Source of the DNA: Cyanophora paradoxa CCMP329
Taxonomy: Eukaryota > Plantae > Glaucophyta
NCBI GenBank assembly: GCA_004431415.1
Contig: QPMI01000556.1
Span: 1 to 64,000, forward strand
Reading direction: 5' to 3'
DNA length: 64,000 bases
In this document: piece after piece, positions 23,531-34,600 of the stretch
Layout of the letters: each line of letters opens with the position of its first letter
Numbering within the stretch: the first letter of the stretch is position 1
Notes under the pieces: model-generated
The model's input: only the letters and a program-made list of their open reading frames with translations
Databases searched by the model: none
What the model was told of the DNA's origin: nothing
Translations under genes and position numbers: made by a program

Positions 23531-25583
23531 ATGGAGGGCGTTAAAGGGGAACCCGGAACGATGAAGATTTGCGGAGTGAGCCCGCGCTCAGATAAGGCTG
23601 CCGCGTCGCGCGCGGCGGATAACTCCTCCCGCGCTTGAGCGAACATGCTGCGCCAACAGGCGGTCGAGCGCTTTAGTCTAACCGCGCCCCCCGCAGATCG
23701 ACCTCGCGCCGCTCCCGAGGAACCTGCAGTTTCTAATCTGCGCCGGCGGCGTCTTCGCCGTGTACCAGCTACACGCACTCGCGCAGGAGGTGCCCGGCGC
23801 CCGCACCGCCGTGAAGCCGCCCCGCGGCCGGCCGCCCTGCAGCTGCCGCGCGTCTGAGCGCGCGCCGCGCCGCAGTTCCTGTTCCGGTCGGAGCAGTGGA
23901 CGTACAGCTGGTTCGTGACCTTCTTCGCCTTCGCCGTCGGCTTCTGCATCTCCAGCTTCGAGCGCATGCGCGCCGGCGACTCCGTCAAGTCCTTCACGCG
24001 CGCCCCGCCCCGCCCCGCCCCGCCCCGCCCGCCCCGCTGGCCCCGCTGAGGCGGCCGGCGCGCAGGGCGCCCGTGCTCTGGTTCGTCGTCATCGGGGCCC
24101 TCCTCCTCACCTCCATGGGCTTCTCCAACCTCGCCTTGACCTACGCACGTACCCCCTGCTCTGCTTCCCCGTACCCCCTCCCGTGCGAGCACCCCGACAG
24201 GTCAACCTCCCCACCCAAGTCGTCTTCAAGAGCGCCAAGGTCATACCCGGTCAGCTTCCGTCCCCCGCCCCGCCCCGCGGGGACGAGCGCCAGCCGATTC
24301 TCCCCCAGTCATGATTGCGGGGTACTTCGTCCTCGGCAAGACCTACAGCTGGCTCGAGTGCCCGGCCCCAGCCCACGTACCCCCGCCGCCCCCCGACCCC
24401 CCCACGCAGGTACGTCTCGGCCATCCTCTTCTTCTGCGGCCTCTCCATGTTCACCCTCGGGGGTACGCGCCTCCGACCCTCCTCCCGGTACCCTCTCCGC
24501 CCTGACCCGCGCCCCGCAGACGTGACCGTCACGCCGAACTTCAACGCACGCCCCGCCCACCCCCCTCCCAGATCTGTCCGTCAGCGACCTGATCGCGTTG
24601 CGGCGGGCAGTGGCTGGGCGTGCTGAGCCTCCTCTTCGCGCTGTGCGCGGACGCCTTCATCGGCAACGCGCAGGAGAAGCTCCTCCGCCTCCACCGCGTG
24701 CCCCTCACCGAGCTCGTCCAGGGCTCCTACCTCTTCGGTGCCCGCCCCGTACCCCCCTCCCGCCCGCCCCCGCCCCCCCCGCCCCGCCCGAGCCGGCGGC
24801 AGGGATGCTGCTGTGCCTGGGGCTGTGCGTGGTGAACGGGGAGCTGCTGGGCGCCCTCCGCGCCTGCAGCGCCAACCCACAGGCCCGCCCCGGCGCCCCC
24901 GACTCCACCCCGCCGTGCCCCCGGCCTCACCCTGCCTCACTTTCCCGCAGATCTGGGGCCTCCTCACCCTCGCCGCCCTCGCCGGCCCGCCCCGCCCCGC
25001 CCCGCCCCGCGGCTTCACCCGGCGCCCCCGGCGCCGCTGACGGCCGCGCGCGCAGGGTACCTGGGGACGTACTTCGTGCTGATGCTGGTGAACGGCTTCG
25101 GGGCGGTCACCGCCGTGGTCGTCACCTCGTGCCGCAAGCTCATCACGATCATGGCGAGCCGCTCCAACGCCCCCCCCCCCCCCCCGCCTCTATCGTACCC
25201 CCCTCACCGCGGCTCTGACGGGCACCCCCCGCAGCTCTCCTTCGTGCTCTTCCCGAAGCCGTTCACGTGGCTCTACTTGTGGGGCACCCTCGTGCTCTTC
25301 GCGGGGGTCCTCGTCAACACGTGCGCCGGGCGCCGCGCCGTGCCGCACCCCGCGCCGGGGCTGACGAGCGAGCCCGTGGGCCGGGCGCAGGTACGCGAAG
25401 AACCACGGGCACCACGGCCACGCCGGGGCGGGCGCCGGCGCAGGCCACGCGCACGGCCGGGGCTCGGGGGGCCCGCACGGCACGCCCCCGGCGGAGGCGC
25501 ACCGCCCGCGGGCCGCGCTGGGCATGCGGAGCCCCAAGCGGGACCCCCACGCAGGGACGGACCCTAGCGACGAGCGCGTGTAG
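23531..25583 (+). CDS. Nucleotide-sugar/PAPS transporter (UAA family, SLC35B3/PAPST2-like), 14 exons
   Basis: Spliced product MEGVKGEPGTMKICG|IDLAPLPRNLQFLICAGGVF...MGFSNLALTY|VNLPTQVVFKSAKVIP|VMIAG...PNFN|WLGV...ALCADAFIGNAQEK...FGAVTAVVVTSCRKLITIM|LSFVLFPKPFT... Confidence 0.9.
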
Positions 25584-26074
25584 CTCCCGCCTATCGAACA
25601 GTGTAATCGCGTAACTATATTAATGTTCTACCGCATTCAATGCTAGCCAGCACAGAGGAACTGAGCCTGCACTGCATGAGCCTGCACAAGGTATGAGATA
25701 CAAAACAGTGTTAAAGAATGCGTGAGCGAAACGGGAGCTCGTGTTATCTCGCTTAAAAGAAACTATTGCAAGCGACTGCAACAGACCTCAAAGGCGAATG
25801 AATACTGCCCTAGCGACTCTAGTGTTTCAAAAAGAATGCGGAAGAGCTCGAACGCGGCTAAAGCATATGCACATGTACATTCAGGAATGAAGAACGCACA
25901 AAAAACACTCATATAGTAAAGCAGGGGAGAAGGATAGGCTACACACAACTACGCGAACAGCACCCGCAACTACGCGAACATAATCTACCGTACCATCTGT
26001 CTTATGTACAGGTGGGGCGCAAGGGGGCGGCGGGGAAGGCGGCCGGGCCGGCCGCGCCGCGCCGCGGCGCCGGT

Positions 26075-28358
26075 CTAGACGTCGGGCCAGGCGGAGAACT
26101 CGGCGGAGAACTGGAAGTGCTGGGCCAGCTGGGCCCCCGCGTCGACGTCGAGGGGCGAGGGCGGAAGGTGCGACGTGGGCGGCGAGGGCGGGGCGGGCGT
26201 GCCGCGGTTCGTCGCGTCGCCCAGGGGGAACAAGCCCAGGGCAGGGCGGGCGGTCTTGGGGCTCTTGGCGGTGCCGGCGCGGGCCCAGGGGCCCCCCGGG
26301 GCCTGCTCGACCTTCCATGCGAGGGCGGTCATGGCCATGGCCTCCTCGTCGAGCCCCGCCGGCACCGCCGCCTGCATCACCGTCGGCGGCATGCTGTTCT
26401 CGTCGTTCTCCACCCGCCCCGCCTCCGTCCCCTGCCCCTGCTCCGCCCCCCGCTTCTTCCGCCCCTGCGCCGGGATGCGCGCCTGCGGGGCGGGGTCGGC
26501 ACGCGCGGGCGCCGGGCCGGGCGAAGCGCGCGGCGCACGCGCACCCCGCCGCCGAGGCCCTCGAGGCGGCCGGCGCCGGCGTGCTCGAGGAGGAGTAGGG
26601 GCTGGCGGAGAGGCCGGTGAAGCTCACTAGGCGGGGCGGGCTGAGGCGCGGCGAGGCCAAGGGGGCGGGGCCGAGGACGAGGCAGGCCGCCGGCGAGGCG
26701 GCGACGGCGGGGCCGACGCCCGGACCGGCGCCGCGGAGCGAGGTCGGGGCCGGCGAGGAGGCGAAAGCGGAGCCGGCGCCCGGACCGGCGACGCTGGAGG
26801 AACGGTCGCGGGGCACGCGCGGCGGCGGCATCGAGCGCCCAAAGGGGTCCTGCGGCGGCGCGGCGCCCGTGAGGGGCCGGGAGGCGAGGGGCGCCGGCGC
26901 CGCGCCGGCGCACCTCGCCGCGGGGCGTCTCGAGGTCGCTCTCGCTGTCGCCGGAGCTATCGGTCAGAGCCGACTCGGTCACAGTGATCTGCCCGCAGGC
27001 CCGGCCGCGCCCGCCGTTAGCGACCACCGGCGAGCCGGCGGGGCGGCCGGGCGGTCGCGGTGCGGACCTTCTTCCTGGCCTCGCGGTTCGTGTAGACGAA
27101 GCCGCGGCTGCCGGGCGTGGTGAGGCGCCGCACGCTGGGCGTCCCCGCCGGCAGCTGCTCGGCGATCTCCATCGCCGCCCCGAGGTGCTCCTTCACCGCG
27201 GTGGTGGGGTCCGCGGCCTCCTCCAGCGGCGCCCGCGCGCGGCTCGTCGGGCGGCCCCGGCGCGGGGCCGTCCCGGTGGAAGGCGCCGGCGTCGACGACG
27301 ACGCGCCCGCCGGCGAGGGGCGCGGGCTCGCCGCTGGTGTCGCCGGCGTCAGCGCCTGTGCCTTCACTTTGAAGAGCGCGGTCTTCCACTTCTGCAGGCG
27401 GGCTCAGAGCGGGCGGGCCCGGCGCGCTTCCTGCCAGCGGGGCCCTGCTCACGGTGGCAGAGATGGCGGTGCGGTCGTCGCTGCTGAGGTTGCCCCCGAG
27501 ATTGCGCAGATCTGCAAAGCAGTGATCAGCATTGCGCCCCGATGGTTGGCCACGGGCGCACTGGTTTTGACGGCGATGGTGAGCTCTTTCGTCTGATCTC
27601 CGACGCTGATTGAGATGCTTGCAGTCGACTGCGCTCGCTGGGACTTGAACACAATGTAGTTCGGCGCTGTCAATGTTGCACTATGGCTTCGTTCGTCCTC
27701 TGGATCCTTCAAGCTGCGACGGAGGCGTGGTCAGGTGGCGCCCGTCGCGTCCGAGGTCGCCGGAAAACTCAGACCCGCAGTTGCCGGTCCAAGCAGTGGC
27801 GTCCGATTTCGAGTCCTTGTACAAGAAGGCGACTCCATGGGTGCGGAGTGTAATCGCGCCTCCCCCGATGCCATTGAAAATGATCTGCAGCAAAACAGTC
27901 GAGTCGAAGGCGAGTCAGCGTCTGTGTGTCTCCCTAACATAGTTCTAGGTGCCAAAGAGTCGCTTTCCGGCATTCAGATCTAGAGCGCGGGGCGCGCTGA
28001 ACGCGGCAGTCCGCGTTCGGACGTGCGCACGAAAACGTTGGTCCCGGCAGGAACCTCCGCATGCCCGTTCGAGATACTGTACGCGTGAATGGAATAGGCC
28101 TGGAGTCCGTCCTGCGCGCAATTGCTAAGTCGGACGAAGGGACCGTTCCAGTGAGTCCAAGCGAGCCCGAGGGCGCACGCTGTTGTCTGGACTGATCGTG
28201 AAAACTTTCAGTAGATGCTGGTGCGACTCTCCGCCGATGCGCAGCGCGCCATCCCAAGAGCTCAGGCAAGCGGAAGCTACGACGGAACCCGTCGAATTGC
28301 TCTCCTCGTCTTCGAAATAAGAGACCTTCACGCGCTTGCCCTTGCTCTTGGGCGGCAT
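26075..28358 (-). CDS. Multi-exon hypothetical protein with a low-complexity Ser/Pro/Ala-rich C-terminal half
   Basis: MPPKSKGKRVKVSYFEDEES... start; exon blocks bounded by GT/GC..CTGA..CAG introns; ends FSAEFSAWPDV*. No recognisable domain. Confidence 0.55.
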
Positions 28359-28668
28359 CGTGCCGACCGCGGCCCGCCGCTGCTTGGGGTTCACCCGAAC
28401 TGCAAGGGGGAGGGAGTACCCGGCGCCGGCAAGGGGGAGTACGCAGAGTTGTTTTTTGTTTTTTTAGCGTCACAGAGCCCGCTGCGCCGCGTCCCGGCGC
28501 CGCACGTAGTCGCGCGCAGTGTGCGCATGCTTGCAATTGTGCGCACGCCGGCCCTACGACAGGTGTCCCTCCCCGGCCGAGGTATGTGCGCCTTACCACC
28601 GCACTAACCGGCATCGTTCGACCGGCTGCGCAATCGCGGTCATCATTCTTCTCGCTATATCTCCGCTC

Positions 28669-31630
28669 ATGTCGGCCTTTGCAGCTGCGAGCATCCCGCT
28701 GCGCCCCGCGATCCGTGCCGTTGCAACGAGCATTCACACCAGATCTAGACAGGCGGCGCCGTCCGTCAGCCTCGCGGCCAGAACGGCGGCGCCGACCGTC
28801 GGACTCGGCGCCTCGTCGTTCGCCGGGACTCCGCTCTTCTTCACCGATGTTCCTGCAGCTGTCGACGTCCTCGGGAACGTCGACGTCGCGGGCGGCAAGC
28901 AGCCGCCTCGCTGCATTGCCGGCAAGAGGAAGTCCGCCGGGACGAGCGCCCGCCGGGAGGTTCACGGTTTTTCACGCAAGACTTCTGCCGGCGCCGGAAA
29001 TCCCCCCGAGTCTGGGCCCGAGAAGCTCAAGCCGCCGGAGAAGGTCCGGCCGCTTTCCTCTCCGCGAGTCCCCTCGCGCTTACCGGGGGCCGGGCGGCGC
29101 AGGCTCCGGGAGAGAAGAAGTGCGGGGGCGGGCGCGTGCGGGCGGACCTGGGCCTGCGGGCCCTGGCCGACGAGTGGCGCCCGCTCCTCTCCTCCACCAA
29201 AGACCTCAAGAATGACGCCCAGGCACGTGCCGCGCGCTTACCAGGGGCCGACGGCCGCTGAGTCGCGCCCAGGCCGGCCTCATCACGGCCTGCGTCTCCG
29301 TGCCCCTCTCCCTCGCCATCGGTGCGCCGGCCGAGTCGCCTGTGCGTGCGAGGCCGCCGTGACGCGGGCGGGGCGCGCGCGGGCGGCAGCGGTCGGCTCG
29401 GGCCTGCCGCCGGAGGTCGGCCTCGTCACCGCCGTCGTCGGATCCTTCGTCGCCGCCGCCGCCGGCGCGCCCCGCCCGCCCCGCCGGCCCGGCGGCGGCT
29501 GACCCCGCGCAGGGGGACGCCGCTGGCGGTGAGCGGCCCGGCGGCGGCGATCGTGGCGACGTGCGCGGCGTGCGCGGCGGAGTTCGGCCCCGCCGGCGTC
29601 GCCCTCGTCGCCGCCGCCTGCGGCCTCCTGCAGGCACGCCGGCCCCCGCGCGCCCCGGCCGCCCCGGGCCCCCGCGTGGCTGAGGCCGCGGCGTCAGGTG
29701 CTCAGCGGGGCGCTCTCGCTGGGGGCGGCGGCGCGGCGCGTGCCGGTGCCGGTCGTGGCCGGCTTCACGTCGGGGATCGGCCTCACCGTGCTCCTCCAGC
29801 AGCTCCCCGCCGCCCTCTCCCTCCCGCGCCCCCCGGGCTCGCACCCCCCCGAGGTCCTCGCCCACCTCCTCGCCAACCTCCCCGCCGCCGACCCCGCCTC
29901 CCTCGCCCTCGCCTCCGCCGTCCGCCCCCGCCCCGCCCCGCCCCCCCCCCCCCCCCCGCCTCACGCCCGTGCAGACGCTGGCGCTCATCTTCGCGCTCCC
30001 GAGGCTGGAGCTGCCCGTGCTCTCGCGGCTCCCTCGACCCTCGTCGCCGTCGCCGCCGCCTCTGCCGCCGCCTCGGCCCTCGCCCTCGACGTGCCCCGCC
30101 TCGGCGCCATCCCCTCGAGCCTCCCCGCCCCGGGCCTCCCCGACATCTCCTTCCTCGCCCCTCGGACCTGCCGGCCCTGGCGGGGTACGCCCTCGCCATC
30201 TTCGGGATCGCCTCCGTCGAATCGCTGCTCTCCTCGGCCGCCGTCGACAAGCTCTCCCGCGGCCGCTCCCGCCGGCACGACCCCGACCAGGAGCTCATCG
30301 GGCAGGGCCTCGCCAACGCTGCGGCGGCGCTCTTCGGCGGCATGCCCGTCTCCTCCGTCGTCGTCCGCTCCTCCCTCAACATCCAGTCGGGCGCCGTCAC
30401 GCGCCGCGCCGGCGTGCTCCAGAGCGCCGCCCTCCTCGCCGCGGTCTGCGCGCTGGGACCGGCCATGGCGGAGATCCCCGTGCCCGTCCTCGCCGGCGTC
30501 CTCCTCTCGGTCGCCCTGCGCATGCTCTCCCCCCACGAGATCCGGGAGATCTGGCGGGCGCACCGCCCCGAGGCCCTCCCCTGGCTCCTCACCGCCGCCC
30601 TCGTCGCCGGCGCCGACGTGATCGTCGGCGTCGCCGCCGGCGTCGCCGCCGCCGTCGCCCTCGCCGCCGCCGGCGGGCGCGGGGCGCCCCTCGCCGTCGA
30701 GACCCGCCTCGGCGTCGAGTTCGCGAGCCTCTTCCCCGCCCCGCCGCCGCCGGCACCCCGCTCCCCACCACCACCAAGTCCGCCGCCTCCCCCGCCGCCG
30801 CCGCCGCCGCCGCCTCCCCCGCCGCCGCCGCCGCCTCTGTTTTCGCCGAGAGCTCCGCCGCGAGCGTCCGGGAGGCCGTCGCGGCCGCGCGGGGCCCGAG
30901 GCCGAGGGCGAGGGCGAGGGCGGCCGCGCGACGCCGGGGCCGGGGACGCCGGCCCTCAAGCCCGCCGACCTCTGCGACGTCGTCCGCGTGCGCCCCGCCC
31001 TCCCGCCCGATCCCGAGCCCGCCCGCCCCGCCCCGCCCCGCCCCGGGTCTGACGCCCGGGGGGCAGCTGGAGGGTGCGGCGACGTTCGCCTCGGGGGCGG
31101 CCCTGGCGCGCCTGCTCGAGGAGCTCGCCGCCGCCCTCCCGGAGCCCGGCGCCGGGGCCGCCGCCGCCGCCGGGGCCGCCTCCTCGCGCCCCGCCCTCTT
31201 CGACCTCTCCGCCCTCGCCGCCCTCGACATCACCGGCGCCGAGCTGTGCGCCGCCCCGCCCCGCCCCCACCGCTCCCAGAGCCGCTCGGCCCGGCCCGAG
31301 CCAAACCGGCGGGGCGGGGGCAGGATCATCGACGCGGTGGGGACGCTGATCGAGCAGGGGAAGCCGTGCGTGTTCGTGGGGGCGAGCGCGGGGGCGCGGG
31401 CGTTCCTCCTCGCGTGCGACCACGGGCGGCGCGTGCACGCCGTGGCGCACGTCGCCGGCCCCGCCGCCCTCGCCGCCGACCTCCTCCAGCGCCCCGACCA
31501 GATCGAGGTCCGCGCCCGCACCCGCCCGCACGCCCCAGCGCCGCCGTCCCCCGGCGCCGGCCGAGCGGGGCCCGAACGACCGCGGCGCGCGCAGGGAGTG
31601 CTCCTCGACGCCCCCGTCGTCGTCCAGTAG
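28669..31630 (+). CDS. SulP/SLC26 anion (bicarbonate/sulfate) transporter with STAS domain and N-terminal plastid transit peptide
   Basis: AGLITACVSVPLSLAI.AVGSGLPPEVGLVTAVVG...LAVSGPAAA; PVVAGFTSGIG; IASVESLLSS.AVD; HDPDQELIGQGLAN; VVRSSLNIQSGAVTR; STAS LFDLSALAALDITGAE. N-terminus MSAFAAASIPLRPAIRAV...SSFAG. Confidence 0.92.
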
Positions 31631-34600
31631 CCGCGCATCTGCACCCGCTGCAGCTGCGGCTGCAGCTGGTCCGCGCACGCCGCGGATTCTGTTTAATTTC
31701 GCTTTTCTGTTTTTGCTTTTCTAAGCTAGGCTAGTGCACTTCAGCTTGTACGTCAAGCCCCCGCAGTACATCATGCCGGCGACGCTGCTGCCTAATCCAT
31801 GTAAAAACTCAACGTCCGACTCGGTACGAGGGCCGGCCGGCCGGCGCGCTTCAGCGGCGCCGTCCTTCGAATTCGCTGCTAGCGTGGCGCAAGCGCCGGC
31901 GCCGGTGCTGAATTCGAACTCGAGTCGGGGAGGGGTGCGCCCGAGGGGGGTACAGGCGCGATCCGTCGCGCATCTTCGGCAGCGCCAACTTGCTGGGTGG
32001 CCAGTAGAGCCGCGCGCGATGGCGATGCAGCGGCGAGAATGAACGCGGGAGAGGTCAGGTCATCTAGCTAGGGACGCGGACGTGCCATGCATAGATTCGT
32101 CCCCCGGTGCGTATACGGTCTCGATCATTGCAGGGAGAGATCGATGCGAGCAGCCTGTGATCGGCCCCGCAAACAGCGCCGTGCTGGAGCGCTGCGCGGG
32201 GCGGGCGAGTCGGAGGACGCGCGAGACCTCGTCCGCGGCCGGACACCGCTCGCACGCGGTTGTTTGTCTGCTGGACATATCCGGTGCGTGCGATCACTTT
32301 ACGCGCGCCGCCGCCGCCCAGAGCGCGTTTGCCGAAAGGGCACGTCGTGACCTTCCGCGCGCGCGCAGGCTTCTCAGGTCCGTGGCCAGCGATGCGGGCT
32401 GCGCCGGCCTCGGGAGACTGTTCTAATCAAGCTAGACGCATTCAGCATGCCGCGCGCGCGCGACACTCGCGCGGTCATGCATATGCCGCGCCGCACTTAC
32501 CTCGCCGGCGCCGCGCAGCGCTGTGCGAGCGCTACAACGGCGCCGAGTCGTCGATCGAAGGTCGGCGCGCCGCGTTTCGCGTCGAGGGATCCGAGCTCAC
32601 GCGCGGGGCCCGCGGCAGAGCTGTGCGACCTTGTGAACAAGGCCTTCTGCAGAGAGATCGAGCTCGTGCAGAAGCACGGCGGCGAGATCGTGAGCTTCCT
32701 CGGCGGTGCGCGCGCGCCCCTCTCCCTCCTTCCGCCCGCCCCGGCCATCCGCCGGCGGCTGACGCGCACGGTACGGCCCCTCGCGCATCTCCCCCCTTCG
32801 CGTGCAGATGGGTGCGGGTCGCGCGTTTTGATTCCTTCCGTGTTGCCACTCCGCTGAAGAGACTGCAGGCTGCTGGTGTACTGGCCCCTGGGCGAGTCGG
32901 CGGAGGAGCAGGAGGGGGGCGGGGCGGCCGAGGGCGGGGCGCGGGGCGCCAGGGCGGAGGGCGGCCTCTCGGGGGCGGCGGCGGCGGAGATGGCGCGGCG
33001 GGCGGCGCAGGCCGTCTCCTGCGCCATCGAGGCGAGCGGGGCCCGCCTGCGCTCCCCGCGGCCGGGCCTCGGGCTGACGCGTCAACAGGTGCAGGAGCTC
33101 TTCAGCGCGCTGCGGCTCGGCGAGGGCATGGGCCTTCGTCTCCGCATCGCCATCGCCGCCGGGCCCTACCGCGAGTGCGCCCCGCGCCCGCCCCGCCCCG
33201 CCCCGCCCCGCCCGGCGCGGCCCTCGGAGCCGACGCCGGGGCCTCGCGCGCGCGGGGGGCGCAGGTACTTCTGCGGGATCGGGGAGCGGGGCGTGCAGGA
33301 GGCTGCAGGGGGCGGCGGGGAGGCGGCGGCGGCGCAGCGGCGGGCGGCGTGGGGCGGGAGCGGGGGCGCGGGGGCGCTGGAGGGGCGGAGCGAGCGGGGG
33401 TCGCTGGACGGGGCGGGAGACTTCGCCGGCGTCCTCCTCGACGAGCAGGGCCAGGTCATCCCGGGGTGCGCGGAGCCGCCGCCCCCGCCGCCAGCGCCGG
33501 GCTCCCCTCTAAGGGGCGGGCGGGGGGCAGGCGGATGGTGTACTTCATCACGAGCGGGGCGATCCAGGAGGCGGGGGAGGCGCTGGGGGCCATCGCGCCG
33601 GGCCAGGTCGCCGTCTGCGACTCGGTCTTCGCCTTCCTGCCCCGCGCCGCCCTCGCCGCCGGCGGGGGCCCCGAGCCCCTCCTCTCCGCCTCCTCCGACG
33701 AGGCCGCCTCCGCCCCCGACGCGGCGTACCCCCCGGCCCTCCCGTTCCCGTACCCCGGCGGCATCTTCTCCGGCGGCGAGGGGCCGCTCGCCGCGGCGGG
33801 CGGGAGCCTGCGGGGCGGGGACGTGACGACGGGCCTGGCGGCGAGCCTGGCGGCCGGGGCCGGGGGCGGGCGGGGCGGGGAGGGGCGGGGGCGGGGATGG
33901 GGAGCATGCCGGTGAGGGTGGCGAGCTTCCGCGACCTGGCCGGGGGCAGCCTCCGCGGGGGCGAGGCGGCGGGGCCGGCGGCGGCAGCAAGCACGGCGGC
34001 TCGATCTTCGGCTCGATCTTCGGCAGCGGCGGGCCCCTCGGGCGGCGCGGCTCCCTGGGCGCGCCCCCGGCCAAGCGCGGCGCCCGCACGCTCTCCCTGC
34101 CGCTCGGCGGCGGCGCGGAGGCGCGCCGCGGCTCGAACGCGTCGCTCTTCGGGCTGGACTCGGCGGCCTCGGAGAAAGGGGCCGTGGTGCTGGACGCCGC
34201 CGCCCGCGCCGCCTTCGAGACCTACGTCGCCGTCATGGGCTGGCGCCCCGCCGACGCCTCCCGCGGTGCCCACCCCCCGCACCGTCCCTCCCCTCTGTCC
34301 TTCGAGCCTCGAGCGCGCGCAGGGGGCGCGGTGGCGCCGCTGCGGCCGCACCAGCACCAGCCGCACCGGCGGCCCTTCAACATCGAGACCCCCGCCCCAT
34401 CGCCCGTCCCCTTCGACGACGAGTCCGCCCTGCCCCGCCCCGCCCCGATCCGCGCCGCTCTGATGTGGGGGCGGGAGGGCGGAGAGCGCGGAGGCGCTGG
34501 TGGAGGGGATGGGGGAGGAGCAGCGGGCGGCGCTGCTGCTCTACGTGCCCTACGCCGTCCGCGCCCGCGTCGAGCAGCTCGAGCGCCACGGCGCCGCCAT

